Position numbers and translations under genes: made by a program
The notes under the pieces: generated by a model
The model's input: the letters and a program-made list of their open reading frames with translations, nothing else
What the model was told of the DNA's origin: nothing
The model's database searches: none
In this document: positions 1-8,729 of the stretch, in pieces
Layout of the letters: each line of letters starts with the position of its first letter
Numbering within the stretch: position 1 is the first letter of the stretch
Source of the DNA: a metagenome
Length of the DNA stretch: 32,000 bases
Direction: 5' to 3' (one strand)
Sequence record: TARA_SAMEA6002221_METAG-scaffold_45

Positions 1-2
1 AG

Positions 3-1109
3 GCCACCGAGCCGGCGACGATCATCCCGCTCACCAAGGGTTGCAAGCAAGTCGTGTTGATCGGGGATCAGAACCAGTTGCCGCCGACCATCATCAGTCG
101 TGACGCCGAAGCGGCGGGTCTTGGGGAAAGCCTTTTCGAGCGTTTCATTCGATCAGGCATCCGCACGTACATGTTGAAGGTACAGTATCGTATGCACCCC
201 GCCATCGCTCTATTCCCGTCGCAAACGTTTTACAAGGGTGAATTGCTCTCCGGTACGCCACCGAATCAGCGGCGCGCGCCGCTCGGTTTCGACTGGCCGG
301 TGCCCGCGGTGCCGCTCGCCTTCGTCAACGTTGAAGACGGCGCCGAGCGCTCCGACGGCTCTTCGCAAACCAACCCCGCCGAAATTCAACGCGTGGTGAA
401 CATCGTGAAGAAGCTCGCCGGACAGCACGAAGTGCTTCCAGGAGACATCGGCGTCGTGACGCCGTATAGCGCCCAAGCGAGAGCGATCAAAAAGATTCTC
501 CGGGGCAACGCTCCCGAACGTACGAGATTCGACGCGCCGGCTGATCCGACGTCGATGAAGGCGGTCGAGGTTGCCACCGTCGATGGTTTCCAGGGCCGCG
601 AAAAGGAAGTGATCGTGTTCTCGTGTACTCGCGCGAACATGAACGGCAACGTCGGTTTCTTGGCTGACACGCGTCGCGTGAACGTCATGCTCACTCGCGC
701 CAAGCGCGGCTTGATCATCGTCGGAAACATGAAGACGTTGCAGCAAGATGAAATCGTCTGGAAAGGATGGCTCAAGTGGGCCCGGGAAAGCGGTCTCATC
801 TGCGGATTATCAGCGACCGATTCCGACGCCGCGAACAGATTGGCATCGATCGGCATGAGCTCGGCTTTGGAGATTGGCGGTACCGGCATCGGCCAAACCT
901 TTGTTCAAAATGCATTGGGCGCTCCGGTTTCGTGGGCCACCGGCGGAATGAAGGAATCGGCGTCTCAACCTCGACTCGCAGAGCGCGACGTCATTCCCGA
1001 CGCGTGGGACGACAGCGACGGCGAGGGAGAGGCGAACACTGATACACAAACCATGCCGAGCGTGTCTAGCATGACGGGCATCGCGGACGAAGCGTGGGAT
1101 TCGGATTAG
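3..1109 (+). CDS. UPF1-like superfamily-1 helicase, C-terminal part (5' end lies outside the window)
   Basis: The reading frame is open back to base 3 (ATEPATIIPLTKGCKQVVLIGDQNQLPP). SF1 helicase motifs are present: QYRMHP, VTPYSAQ, TVDGFQGREKEVIVFS and VMLTRAKRGLIIVGN. The region GFDWPVP...VWKGWLKW parallels the UPF1 C-terminal core. The ORF-track start at 54 is GTG, not a true start. The tail is acidic and contains Trp. Confidence 0.85.
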   Translation, partial: ATEPATIIPLTKGCKQVVLIGDQNQLPPTIISRDAEAAGLGESLFERFIRSGIRTYMLKVQYRMHPAIALFPSQTFYKGELLSGTPPNQRRAPLGFDWPVPAVPLAFVNVEDGAERSDGSSQTNPAEIQRVVNIVKKLAGQHEVLPGDIGVVTPYSAQARAIKKILRGNAPERTRFDAPADPTSMKAVEVATVDGFQGREKEVIVFSCTRANMNGNVGFLADTRRVNVMLTRAKRGLIIVGNMKTLQQDEIVWKGWLKWARESGLICGLSATDSDAANRLASIGMSSALEIGGTGIGQTFVQNALGAPVSWATGGMKESASQPRLAERDVIPDAWDDSDGEGEANTDTQTMPSVSSMTGIADEAWDSD

Positions 1110-1230
1110 GAAAAAAGAGAGTGGGGGGAAATTGATGGAGTGTATAGTTAACGAGGGGGTTCTTAGAGTGAAGAAAACAGAAGTCTTAATGATACTGAGT
1201 TGATTGATCAAAACTATCGCGTTTATCGCG

Positions 1231-3990
1231 CTAAGATTCTACGCTACACAAAGAATATAATTTTCGTCGCTCGCTCGCGTACTCGGACGCCTCTCGCTTC
1301 GCGGCGGCGTACGTCGTAATCTCGATCGGCACCGGTAAAGCGGAGCGCTCGGAAACAACGCGTACGAGTCTTAAGAAATAGTGCCAAAGAACGGCTCGAG
1401 AGCAAATGGAGATCGCATCCGTGCCGCCGAGCGCCGTGCCCGTGCGACCGTCGTGGGCGGAAGCCGCGCCTTCGCCGAGAGCCCACGAAATACTCTCGTC
1501 TCCATCGCCCGCGAGTTCGCGGCCGCCGCTCGCGGTGTCGACACCATCGCACTCGATCTTCACCGAGCTGTAAAGCATCCAAGGATGCGGAAGCGCGGCC
1601 TCGCCTCGCGTCCGCCCACGACAGCACGTCGCGTACGTGCACCGCGCAAAGTCGTATTTTCTTCCGATGACGACGGAGGCGAGACGCACCGGTTCCAAGA
1701 AATGGCTCAGTAAAGCACCCTGTAATCCCAATGCGTGCCATCTGACGATTTTATCGCTGCAGGATAAAGACTTACCGGCCACACCAATCGCATCTGAGGC
1801 GCGCGAAATCAACACGCATCCCGGAGGACTGGCGCGCTCATCGTCTTCGCTCCCCTTGTGAGAGGGACCAAACCAAAGCTCGTTCATGTCCGGTGCATCG
1901 TGCATTTGATGACTCGACGACTCACGCTCGATCCATTCGTACGTGACATCACCCCTTGGCCCCGCGCTCGCCGCCCCGCACGGAGCCGTGGACACGTACA
2001 AGTGCACGGTGACGCCTCGTCGCAGTGTCGCCCTGTTCGCGCCGCGTCGCTCCAACAAGGGACTCTCACCGGTGTCCATCAAACGATTCAGTTCGCGATA
2101 AAGCACTCGGAGAAAGCCACGTCGGGCGAGAACTTCGGCGTGGCTATCGCGAACGTGCGCGTCCCACACGACCGCGTCGTTGGCGCCATTGATGGCCGCC
2201 GCAACTTCGCTCGGGATGAATTTGGTTCCCACGCCGAGAGAGAGCGTGACGATGTCATCCGGCTCTGTCGCGTTTTCGTCTCGCATGATGATGCCCGCGA
2301 TGACGGCAGTACCTCTTGTCGCCATCGCGTGCGCTCTGCATCGAGACTTGTACTCCGCGCCGACCCTGGCGGCGATTCTGTTCGCCAACCGGGTCGAGTT
2401 GGCGTCTCGGCGTTCGCTCGCCCGGGCGGCGTCGCGTTCCGCGAGCGCGAGCTCTTCCACAGTCGGCGGTGATCCGTCCGAATGCATCGCTCGATCTAGC
2501 ACGGCGTCAACATCGATATCGATGGCTTTGGTACAGCACCGCATGATGCGATCGTTCAACGTGGCGCTTATATCGTTTCCGTTGATCCAGAGCGTTCGCA
2601 TCGGGTTGTTCGCCTCTCGCCGCGCCACCATCGCTCGTAAAAGCACTTCGGCGCCGACATCGGTGATTTGATTGTGATCCAAGTGAAGTTCGATGAGTCT
2701 TGAAGTCGTCACAGAGCGACGAATGGCTTCGGCGATCGCCGCACACCCGTCATCACCGATTCGGTTACCGCCCACGTCGAGCACTTCCAACGTGGCGTGC
2801 GTCTCGACGAGCGTCGCCAACGCCTCGGCTCCACCGACGCCCACCTCATTCGTGTACACGGCCAATTCGCGTAACTCATCGTGCGTCTTGCGTAGAGCGT
2901 CGACGATTGCCGCGCACCCGCGAGCGCCGATGCCGTTGTGATGTACGCCAATCGCTCGCGCGCTCTGGCGTTTGCGGCGCAAAGCCTCGGCGACGCCCTC
3001 GGCGCCCTCATCACCTAGATGCCTATCCGACACGCTCTTGAGCGCTTCATCGCACGGTGTGTTGAGAATAAAATTTGCAGCCGCTCGACCGGCTAATCTT
3101 CTGAAAGACGCCGTCCCGAATCCAGGATTCCCGCTTGCGTTGACGCTCGTCAACGAAGGAGACGATTCGACGACTTCGCGCAACGCCTCCATGCCAACCT
3201 CCCCTATCGCATTATCTCGCAAATCCAACCCCGCCACTCCGTCACACAGACGAATTGCCTCGATCACGCATCCGTCCACGTCGTCGTTCGTCAAACCGAG
3301 CTTACGAAACGACATCAACGCGCCGGAATCGTCTCGCCACGCCGCCGCCGCCGCCGCCGCCCGCTTCGCTCGCCAATTTTCTCGACACTTTCTCCCGATA
3401 TTCTCCACGATTTCCGCGCTCGCGCGACGATTATTCGTCAACACAATCTCCTCCACCTTCGCGTTTCGCTCACACGCGCGCAGCAACGCCGCGCACGCCT
3501 CCTCGCCCGCGTCGTTGTCCCGCAGGTTGACGCTCTCGCACGCCGCGACGTCGCCGTCCATCAGCGCCCTCGCCAACGCCACCAACGCGCCATCGCGCAG
3601 CGCGCACTTGGACACATTCACCCGCCGCACCTCGACGATCGCTCGAAACGTCTCATCGAGCGCGTCGACGTCGAGCTCGCTCTCGAGCTCGCCCAGCGCC
3701 GGCGTCTCCGCCGCCGACAGTTCCTCCAACCACCCGCTCTCGCCCGCCCGCACGCCTCGCGCGATCGCCCTCGCGAGCTCGGGCGCGCGGAGACGTCCCA
3801 AACACCCGCTCACGCGCACCCCTCGCGCCCGCGCGCGCGCCGCGGCGTCGAACACGGCCTCGAGCGCGTCCCCGTCGGCGAGCAGACACTTTCGCAGCGC
3901 CACGCTCTCGCCCTCTCTCGCGCGCGACGCCGCGCGCGCGCGCGCCCCGTCCGCGTCCAGCGTCACCAAAACCGTTCCTCGTCGTCCCAT
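1231..3990 (-). CDS. Fusion protein: N-terminal RNI-type leucine-rich repeats plus a C-terminal ADAT1/ADAR-family adenosine deaminase domain
   Basis: One uninterrupted 919-codon ORF with ATG at 3990. Residues about 120-480 carry roughly 28-residue repeats of the ribonuclease-inhibitor type (LDLRDNAIGEVGMEAL, VHHNGIGARGCAAIVDAL, LDVGGNRIGDDGCAAIAEAI, LHLDHNQITDVGAEVL). Residues about 535-900 carry the deaminase motifs DSHAEVLARRGF (HAE codons at 2142-2134), LYVSTAPCG, and SCSDKIVRWHALGLQGALLSHFLEPV. Confidence 0.85.
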   Translation of the reverse strand: MGRRGTVLVTLDADGARARAASRAREGESVALRKCLLADGDALEAVFDAAARARARGVRVSGCLGRLRAPELARAIARGVRAGESGWLEELSAAETPALGELESELDVDALDETFRAIVEVRRVNVSKCALRDGALVALARALMDGDVAACESVNLRDNDAGEEACAALLRACERNAKVEEIVLTNNRRASAEIVENIGRKCRENWRAKRAAAAAAAWRDDSGALMSFRKLGLTNDDVDGCVIEAIRLCDGVAGLDLRDNAIGEVGMEALREVVESSPSLTSVNASGNPGFGTASFRRLAGRAAANFILNTPCDEALKSVSDRHLGDEGAEGVAEALRRKRQSARAIGVHHNGIGARGCAAIVDALRKTHDELRELAVYTNEVGVGGAEALATLVETHATLEVLDVGGNRIGDDGCAAIAEAIRRSVTTSRLIELHLDHNQITDVGAEVLLRAMVARREANNPMRTLWINGNDISATLNDRIMRCCTKAIDIDVDAVLDRAMHSDGSPPTVEELALAERDAARASERRDANSTRLANRIAARVGAEYKSRCRAHAMATRGTAVIAGIIMRDENATEPDDIVTLSLGVGTKFIPSEVAAAINGANDAVVWDAHVRDSHAEVLARRGFLRVLYRELNRLMDTGESPLLERRGANRATLRRGVTVHLYVSTAPCGAASAGPRGDVTYEWIERESSSHQMHDAPDMNELWFGPSHKGSEDDERASPPGCVLISRASDAIGVAGKSLSCSDKIVRWHALGLQGALLSHFLEPVRLASVVIGRKYDFARCTYATCCRGRTRGEAALPHPWMLYSSVKIECDGVDTASGGRELAGDGDESISWALGEGAASAHDGRTGTALGGTDAISICSRAVLWHYFLRLVRVVSERSALPVPIEITTYAAAKREASEYASERRKLYSLCSVES

Positions 3991-3994
3991 CGCC

Positions 3995-4035
3995 GCGCGT
4001 CACCGTCTTCGCGCGCGCGCGCGCGCGTCACCGTC
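3995..4035. promoter_or_regulatory. Duplicated 13-mer GCGCGTCACCGTC inside an 83-bp divergent promoter
   Basis: Exact copies sit at 3995-4007 and 4023-4035 (28-bp period), separated by an alternating CG run. Only 83 bp (3991-4073) separate the two divergent ATGs. Confidence 0.5.
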
Positions 4036-4073
4036 CTCTCGCGCGCGCGGCTCACGTCTCCCCGCGGCACATC

Positions 4074-6488
4074 ATGGCGCGCACCGTCGCATCGCGCGCG
4101 CGCGTCGCGCCGTCTCATCGCGCGCGTCGCGTCACCGCGTTCGCGTTCGCGCTCGCGCTCGCGCGCGTCGCCTCCCTCGCCGGCGTCGCGCGCGCGCGCG
4201 TCGAATCCACCACCGATCGCGCCGCTGACGCGGACGATTCCCGCGGCGATCGCTCGCTTCGCGTCGCCGAGAGCCGGTTCGAACGAAGCGCGGTCGAGGT
4301 GAGCGAGGCGCCGACCGAGACGATCGAGCGAAACGTCACGCTGTCGAGCGTGAGGACGTCGAGCGATGGAAAGGAGGTGTCTTTCTCGATTGTCGACTAC
4401 GCCGGCGCGGCTGGCGCGCTGGAATTCGAGCTCGCGCACGCCGAGGCGATGTGGAAGCCGCCGGAGGTGGTGAGGATCGAAGCGAACGGTGAGAGAACTG
4501 TGTTGGAGCGAGAGGAGGTGGAGACGGCGCTCGGGTGCATGTATGAGGGCGAGGTGACGGAGACGGGGACGGGACGGCGGTGGGCGGCGAGGGCGATGCT
4601 GTGCGACGGCGACGCGACGGTGAGCACGTTCGTGCACGACGCCCCGGTTGAGTTCATCGCCGATTTACGGGGATCAGTGGTGTCGACGAATGGTCGTGGA
4701 CGAGGTTTGGCGGCGCGTTTGACGCCGAGATCGCTCTTGGAGGGGACGACGATGCGGACGAAGAAGACGACGCGACTGCCCAAGGGACGCTCGCTCGCGC
4801 GCGTTGAGGCGCCGTACAGGGTGGATAACTCGACGTCCGCGCGGGCGAGAAGAGATGGTCGACGATTGGCGGTGACGAACAATCCGAACGGAAGATACGT
4901 CGAGACCGCTGTGTACGTCGGTAAGGAGTACATGGCGCTGTACAGTCACTCTTCCTCGCTCGTCATCGCGAGACTGGGTCTCATCTGGGCAGAGTGGCAA
5001 GCCATCTTCGACGCGACGACGAGCATGGATCCTCCCGGTTACGTCATCGCAAAGCAAGTCGTATACCCGGCGTCGAACGCTGATAACGCGTGGGGCGACA
5101 AACCGTCGACGATCAGCGACTGGCTCGACGCTGTCGCCGAAGACGTCGAACCTCTTCTCTCGTCCACGCCACAGTACGACACCACTGTCGTCATCAATGA
5201 TTACGGAATCTTCGGTTCTACGATCGGTCTGGCATGGGTCGGGACTGTGTGCACGTCGTATTCAAACAATCGCTATCGGTACAGCGTCAACACCGGCGGC
5301 GAATCGTCGCTCGCCTACTGGTCGCAGCTCATCGGTCATGAGGTGGGACACAACTTGGCATTCAACCACGATAGCTCGAAGCCGGGTTGCGAGGATAGCG
5401 GTATCATGGGAGCATACATCAATACCGATGGAAACGCGCGTTACTCCGAAGGTACTGGGTGCGACGCGGAGATTTGGAACACCGGGACGTACAGAAGCGG
5501 CGGTATTTTGAGATCAGTGGATTACGATTGCCTGTCACACACGAACACTGAGTTCACGGACGCGCTCTCGAACACCCCGACGACGACGCCATCACCTTCT
5601 CCACCCCCCTCTCCACCCCCTGCCCCCCCCAATCCGCCCGGGTATGTCGCGCCTCCGCCGCCGCAAATCACGGTTTTACCTTCGCCTCCGCCGCCACTCG
5701 GCACGGATGGAGGAAACCCAGTCACCGACGGCACGACAAAGTACGTTCAAACCGTCATCGGCGTCGGCGGAGTCACGGTCTCATTCTTTACGACGGCGAC
5801 GAGAAGCGCGTTTCTGCTCGCCGTCATTGAATACCTTAACCTCGAGGGTCGTCCCGGTTCGGTTTCCCTCGTCTCCATCGCCGAGTCTTCTCGACGTCGT
5901 CGCCGTCTGTTGCAATCATCGTCGGTCGACGTGACGATCAAGGTGAATGCAGCGACCGACACCGAAGAGGCGGCTCTCATCACCGCCTTGGCCCCGGCGA
6001 AGGGCCCGCAGTTGACGAGCGCTCTGCAAACCGAGCTCCCTCAAATCAACGCCGCGACGCCGCAGTCGACGACGACATACGTCGTGTTGGAGGAGGCTCC
6101 GGACAGCGATCTCGATCGTCTTCGTCAATACGGCGCCCTCATCATCGGCGTGATGGTCCTCTTCTTCGTCGTCGTGCCGGGTCTGTTCCTCTACCGGGCC
6201 TTCACCAATCCCGAGGGGAAAATCGCCGAGGTGCTCATCGTCGTCTTCGGATTGAAAACGTTTCAATTCACTCGTCGCTCGTGCTGCTGCTACTGGGCTC
6301 GCGGCGTCGAGGATCCGTTCGCGGGCGTCGATCTCGATCCGGCGACGCGTTACCGAGAAGACGACGACCTCGATCCTCATCAGAGGGCCAAGCGCCAGCG
6401 CGAGGCGGCGGCCGCGCACCGCCGACGCGTCGCCCCGGTTCGTCGCGAGAAACCGCGCGGGCTCAACATTTTCGGTCGTCGCGCGTAG
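4074..6488 (+). CDS. ADAM/reprolysin-like (M12B metzincin) zinc metalloprotease with a proline-rich stalk and a C-terminal TM anchor
   Basis: ATG at 4074 followed by a hydrophobic signal-like segment (AFAFALALARVASLAGVARA). A propeptide-like CMYEGEV...AMLCDGDATVSTF pattern is present. GLAWVGTVC precedes the zinc site HEVGHNLAFNHD (5337-5372), with a Met-turn SGIMGAY. A Pro/Ser/Thr-rich linker TPTTTPSPSPPPSPPPAPPNPP...PSPPPP lies at about 5575-5700. A TM helix IIGVMVLFFVVVPGLFLY is followed by a basic/acidic tail. Confidence 0.8.
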   Translation: MARTVASRARVAPSHRARRVTAFAFALALARVASLAGVARARVESTTDRAADADDSRGDRSLRVAESRFERSAVEVSEAPTETIERNVTLSSVRTSSDGKEVSFSIVDYAGAAGALEFELAHAEAMWKPPEVVRIEANGERTVLEREEVETALGCMYEGEVTETGTGRRWAARAMLCDGDATVSTFVHDAPVEFIADLRGSVVSTNGRGRGLAARLTPRSLLEGTTMRTKKTTRLPKGRSLARVEAPYRVDNSTSARARRDGRRLAVTNNPNGRYVETAVYVGKEYMALYSHSSSLVIARLGLIWAEWQAIFDATTSMDPPGYVIAKQVVYPASNADNAWGDKPSTISDWLDAVAEDVEPLLSSTPQYDTTVVINDYGIFGSTIGLAWVGTVCTSYSNNRYRYSVNTGGESSLAYWSQLIGHEVGHNLAFNHDSSKPGCEDSGIMGAYINTDGNARYSEGTGCDAEIWNTGTYRSGGILRSVDYDCLSHTNTEFTDALSNTPTTTPSPSPPPSPPPAPPNPPGYVAPPPPQITVLPSPPPPLGTDGGNPVTDGTTKYVQTVIGVGGVTVSFFTTATRSAFLLAVIEYLNLEGRPGSVSLVSIAESSRRRRRLLQSSSVDVTIKVNAATDTEEAALITALAPAKGPQLTSALQTELPQINAATPQSTTTYVVLEEAPDSDLDRLRQYGALIIGVMVLFFVVVPGLFLYRAFTNPEGKIAEVLIVVFGLKTFQFTRRSCCCYWARGVEDPFAGVDLDPATRYREDDDLDPHQRAKRQREAAAAHRRRVAPVRREKPRGLNIFGRRA

Positions 6489-6716
6489 AGATACCGCGCG
6501 CGTAATAATCTAATCACCCGCCGTCCCGGGCGTCTCGCGGACGCCGGGCGGGTCCACTCTCACAGACAACGTCCACACACACACGCATCGCGACCGCGAG
6601 ACCGCGTCTGTCCACCCACCCGCCTCCGCTCGTCGCGCGCCGTCGCCGACGTTCCCCTCACTCTCTCTCTCTCCCTCGCGCGCGTCGATCGCCGATCGCC
6701 CCCTTCGCGCGCGCCC

Positions 6717-7466
6717 ATGTCGTCGTGCGACACCTACGCCGATTGCGCGAACGCGACGAAATATTGCGCCGCGCTCCTCGGGTCGTCTCGAGGCTTGTGT
6801 CGACCGTGCGTGGAGTGCGCGCAGAATGGGGACGCGCACGAAGGCCAATGTCCCCCGCGATGCGACGCGCACTCGCCGTCGCTCGCGAACTCATCGGTGA
6901 GCGTCTTCTCCGGTGATTTCACGTACTGGCAGCACGTGTCCACGGTGGCGCCGAATCACGGGGACGCGCTCCCGAGAGGGTGCGTGGCGAGCGCGGACGC
7001 GCAGACGACCGCGTTCGGGTCCACCAAGTGGTATACGAAGTGCGCGACGAAATTGGTGCGAAGAGACGAGGATAGATTCTGCGACGCGACGGCGCTGACG
7101 CGGGTGGAACCGTTTTATCAGTGCATCGCGTCGTCGCACACGAATTATTGCGGGACGAACACGGCGAGTTTTTGTCTGGCGAAGAGTTATTTTGATTGTT
7201 GTCCGGTGCGCGCGGGGCCGTTGGCGGGCGCGGTGATCGGGACGGCGGTCGGGATACTGGCGATCGCGTACTTTATCATTCACGCCGTGTACCGAAAACG
7301 AGTGAGTAAATTTAGAAGTACGGTTAAAGTGGTCGTGGCCGCGAATAAGTTTAAGCGACGGTTACCTTCGATCAGGCGAATGTTGGAACGCAGGAGGGAG
7401 AAGAGAGCCGAGGCGGAATCCGCCGCGGCGGCGGAGCGAGGCGAGGCGCCGGCGCCCTCGACGTGA
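6717..7466 (+). CDS. Cysteine-rich single-pass membrane protein, function unknown
   Basis: ATG at 6717, and the 228 bp upstream contain no ATG. There are 17 Cys residues before a clear TM helix (LAGAVIGTAVGILAIAYFIIHAV), then a Lys/Arg-rich tail. G/C-rich third codon positions are consistent with coding. No N-terminal signal peptide is visible. Confidence 0.6.
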   Translation: MSSCDTYADCANATKYCAALLGSSRGLCRPCVECAQNGDAHEGQCPPRCDAHSPSLANSSVSVFSGDFTYWQHVSTVAPNHGDALPRGCVASADAQTTAFGSTKWYTKCATKLVRRDEDRFCDATALTRVEPFYQCIASSHTNYCGTNTASFCLAKSYFDCCPVRAGPLAGAVIGTAVGILAIAYFIIHAVYRKRVSKFRSTVKVVVAANKFKRRLPSIRRMLERRREKRAEAESAAAAERGEAPAPST

Positions 7467-7536
7467 ATCCCCGGGTCCGGGATGTGAAATATCACAATAC
7501 AATGTAAGACAGCATCTAAGAAAACGCGCTCAATGC

Positions 7537-8499
7537 TCACACGTCCATGTCCGACTCGTCCTCGTCCGATTCGTCGTCCTCGTCCGACTCGTCCTCGTCT
7601 TCTTCTTCTTCGTCCGTCTCCCACTCCTCCTCCTCCTCTTCCTCGACACTACCACCCTCCCCTCGATCGCGTCCCATGACGTCTTGCAACACATCAACAG
7701 CATCCGTCGCCTCTGAATACACCGTCGTCGTCATCGTGTCCGCCTCTTCGACAGCCACGCGTTCCGCGCCGCCGCCCCGGCTCGTCGCGCTCGCGTGCAA
7801 CACCAACTCTAAACGTCCCAACAACGCTTGCAACGACCCCTGCATCGACACGTGACTCTCGATCGTCTGCGACAAACGCATCAACGTCGCCCTCGCCTTC
7901 GGCGCGCTCGACGCGTATCCCGCGTGATGTAACAGTATCGTCCTCGCCCACTTCGCGCACCGTTCCCCCGCGTTCGGCTTGGCCTGCGCCCTCGCCGCGC
8001 ACTCGCTCAACAACTTCATCGCGCTCGTCGAGCTCAGCTTCGCCACCGTGTTCGCGATCGTCGTCCGATCGCTCACCGACAAACACCGCTCGATCAGCGC
8101 CGCATCGTCCGCTCGCAGCGCCTGCGAGAGCAACGCCGCGAGCGAATCCGCCTTCGCGCCGCCGCCGCCGCCGCCCTCCGTCCCCGTCCCCGTCCCCGTC
8201 CCCGTCCCTCCCAACGCCTCGTCCAGCGGTCTTCTCGTCCCGTTCGGTTCTCGCGCCTCCACCCCATCACCGTTCGCGTTCGTTTTCGACCGCTCGCTCG
8301 CCCGTCCGAGCGCGCGCGCCCGCGCACCGAGCGTGGACGTCGTCGTCGTCGTCACCACCGCCGCCGCCTCCTCGCCGCCGCCTCGACCCGCGCGCTCGTC
8401 CGTTGCCGTCTCCGTCTCCTCGTCCTCCGTCCCGCGCGCCCGCGGGTCCATCACCGACGGCGGCGCCATCGATCGATGTCGACGTTTCGTCGCCGTCAT
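7537..8499 (-). CDS. Utp12-domain protein (like the C-terminal domain of UTP5/WDR43) with an acidic tail; no WD40 part
   Basis: SLAALLSQALRADDAALIERCLSVSDRTTIANTVAKL...LLSECAARAQAKPNAGERCAKWARTILLHHAGYASS...LMRLSQTIESHVSMQGSLQALLGRLELVL follows the Utp12 pattern seen in WDR43. The C-terminus is poly-Glu/Asp. The start is set to the ATG at 8499 (alternatives at 8469 and 8451). The upstream part of ORF 7537..8934 runs through the inverted repeat and looks non-coding. Confidence 0.65.
   Translation of the reverse strand: MTATKRRHRSMAPPSVMDPRARGTEDEETETATDERAGRGGGEEAAAVVTTTTTSTLGARARALGRASERSKTNANGDGVEAREPNGTRRPLDEALGGTGTGTGTGTEGGGGGGAKADSLAALLSQALRADDAALIERCLSVSDRTTIANTVAKLSSTSAMKLLSECAARAQAKPNAGERCAKWARTILLHHAGYASSAPKARATLMRLSQTIESHVSMQGSLQALLGRLELVLHASATSRGGGAERVAVEEADTMTTTVYSEATDAVDVLQDVMGRDRGEGGSVEEEEEEEWETDEEEEDEDESDEDDESDEDESDMDV
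8179..8207. repeat. Hexanucleotide microsatellite (GTCCCC)n inside a CDS, encoding (GT)n on the minus strand
   Basis: ccgtccccgtccccgtccccgtccccgtccc; it translates as GTGTGTGTGTE in the Utp12-like protein. Confidence 0.8.
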
Positions 8500-8729
8500 C
8501 CCTCGACGTCGTCGACGCGTCGTGTCGGGGCGACGACGACGACGACGCGCGTCTCGCGCGCGTCGATGGATGACGCGTCCGGCGGCACGCGAGTCGAGTC
8601 CCTCCAATCGACGAGTGAGGACCCTCGGAATGGACCGTATATACCGTATATACCGTTCGGCGATTCGGTCGTTCAGTACGGGGGAAAACGACCGACCGCG
8701 GTGATCGATACATACCGATAAAAGAGACA

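Noticed and set aside
54-56. ORF-track start codons at 54, 16032, 23254, 26238, 28005, 30036, 30826 and 31947.
   Set aside because: Inspection shows these are GTG or TTG codons, which is an artefact of the ORF caller allowing alternative starts. For a eukaryotic nuclear genome I re-anchored on in-frame ATGs, on splice acceptors, or on the window edge.
1000-1106. Trp-acidic C-terminal tails: AWDDSD and EAWDSD in the UPF1-like helicase, and DDAWGSDDDDDGW in the DEAD-box helicase (28171-28215).
   Set aside because: These are short and lie in generally acidic tails, so I cannot show the resemblance is more than compositional. It would need a proteome-wide motif count.
2972-4228. 418-aa ORF on the plus strand, antisense to the LRR-ADAT1 gene. 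Similar long antisense ORFs lie at 11207-12685, 13423-14910, 23381-24355 and 28801-30087.
   Set aside because: All are Arg/Ser/Ala/Pro-rich low-complexity translations with no recognisable motifs. They lie opposite ORFs with clear family signatures. Stop-poor antisense frames are expected at this GC content and codon bias.
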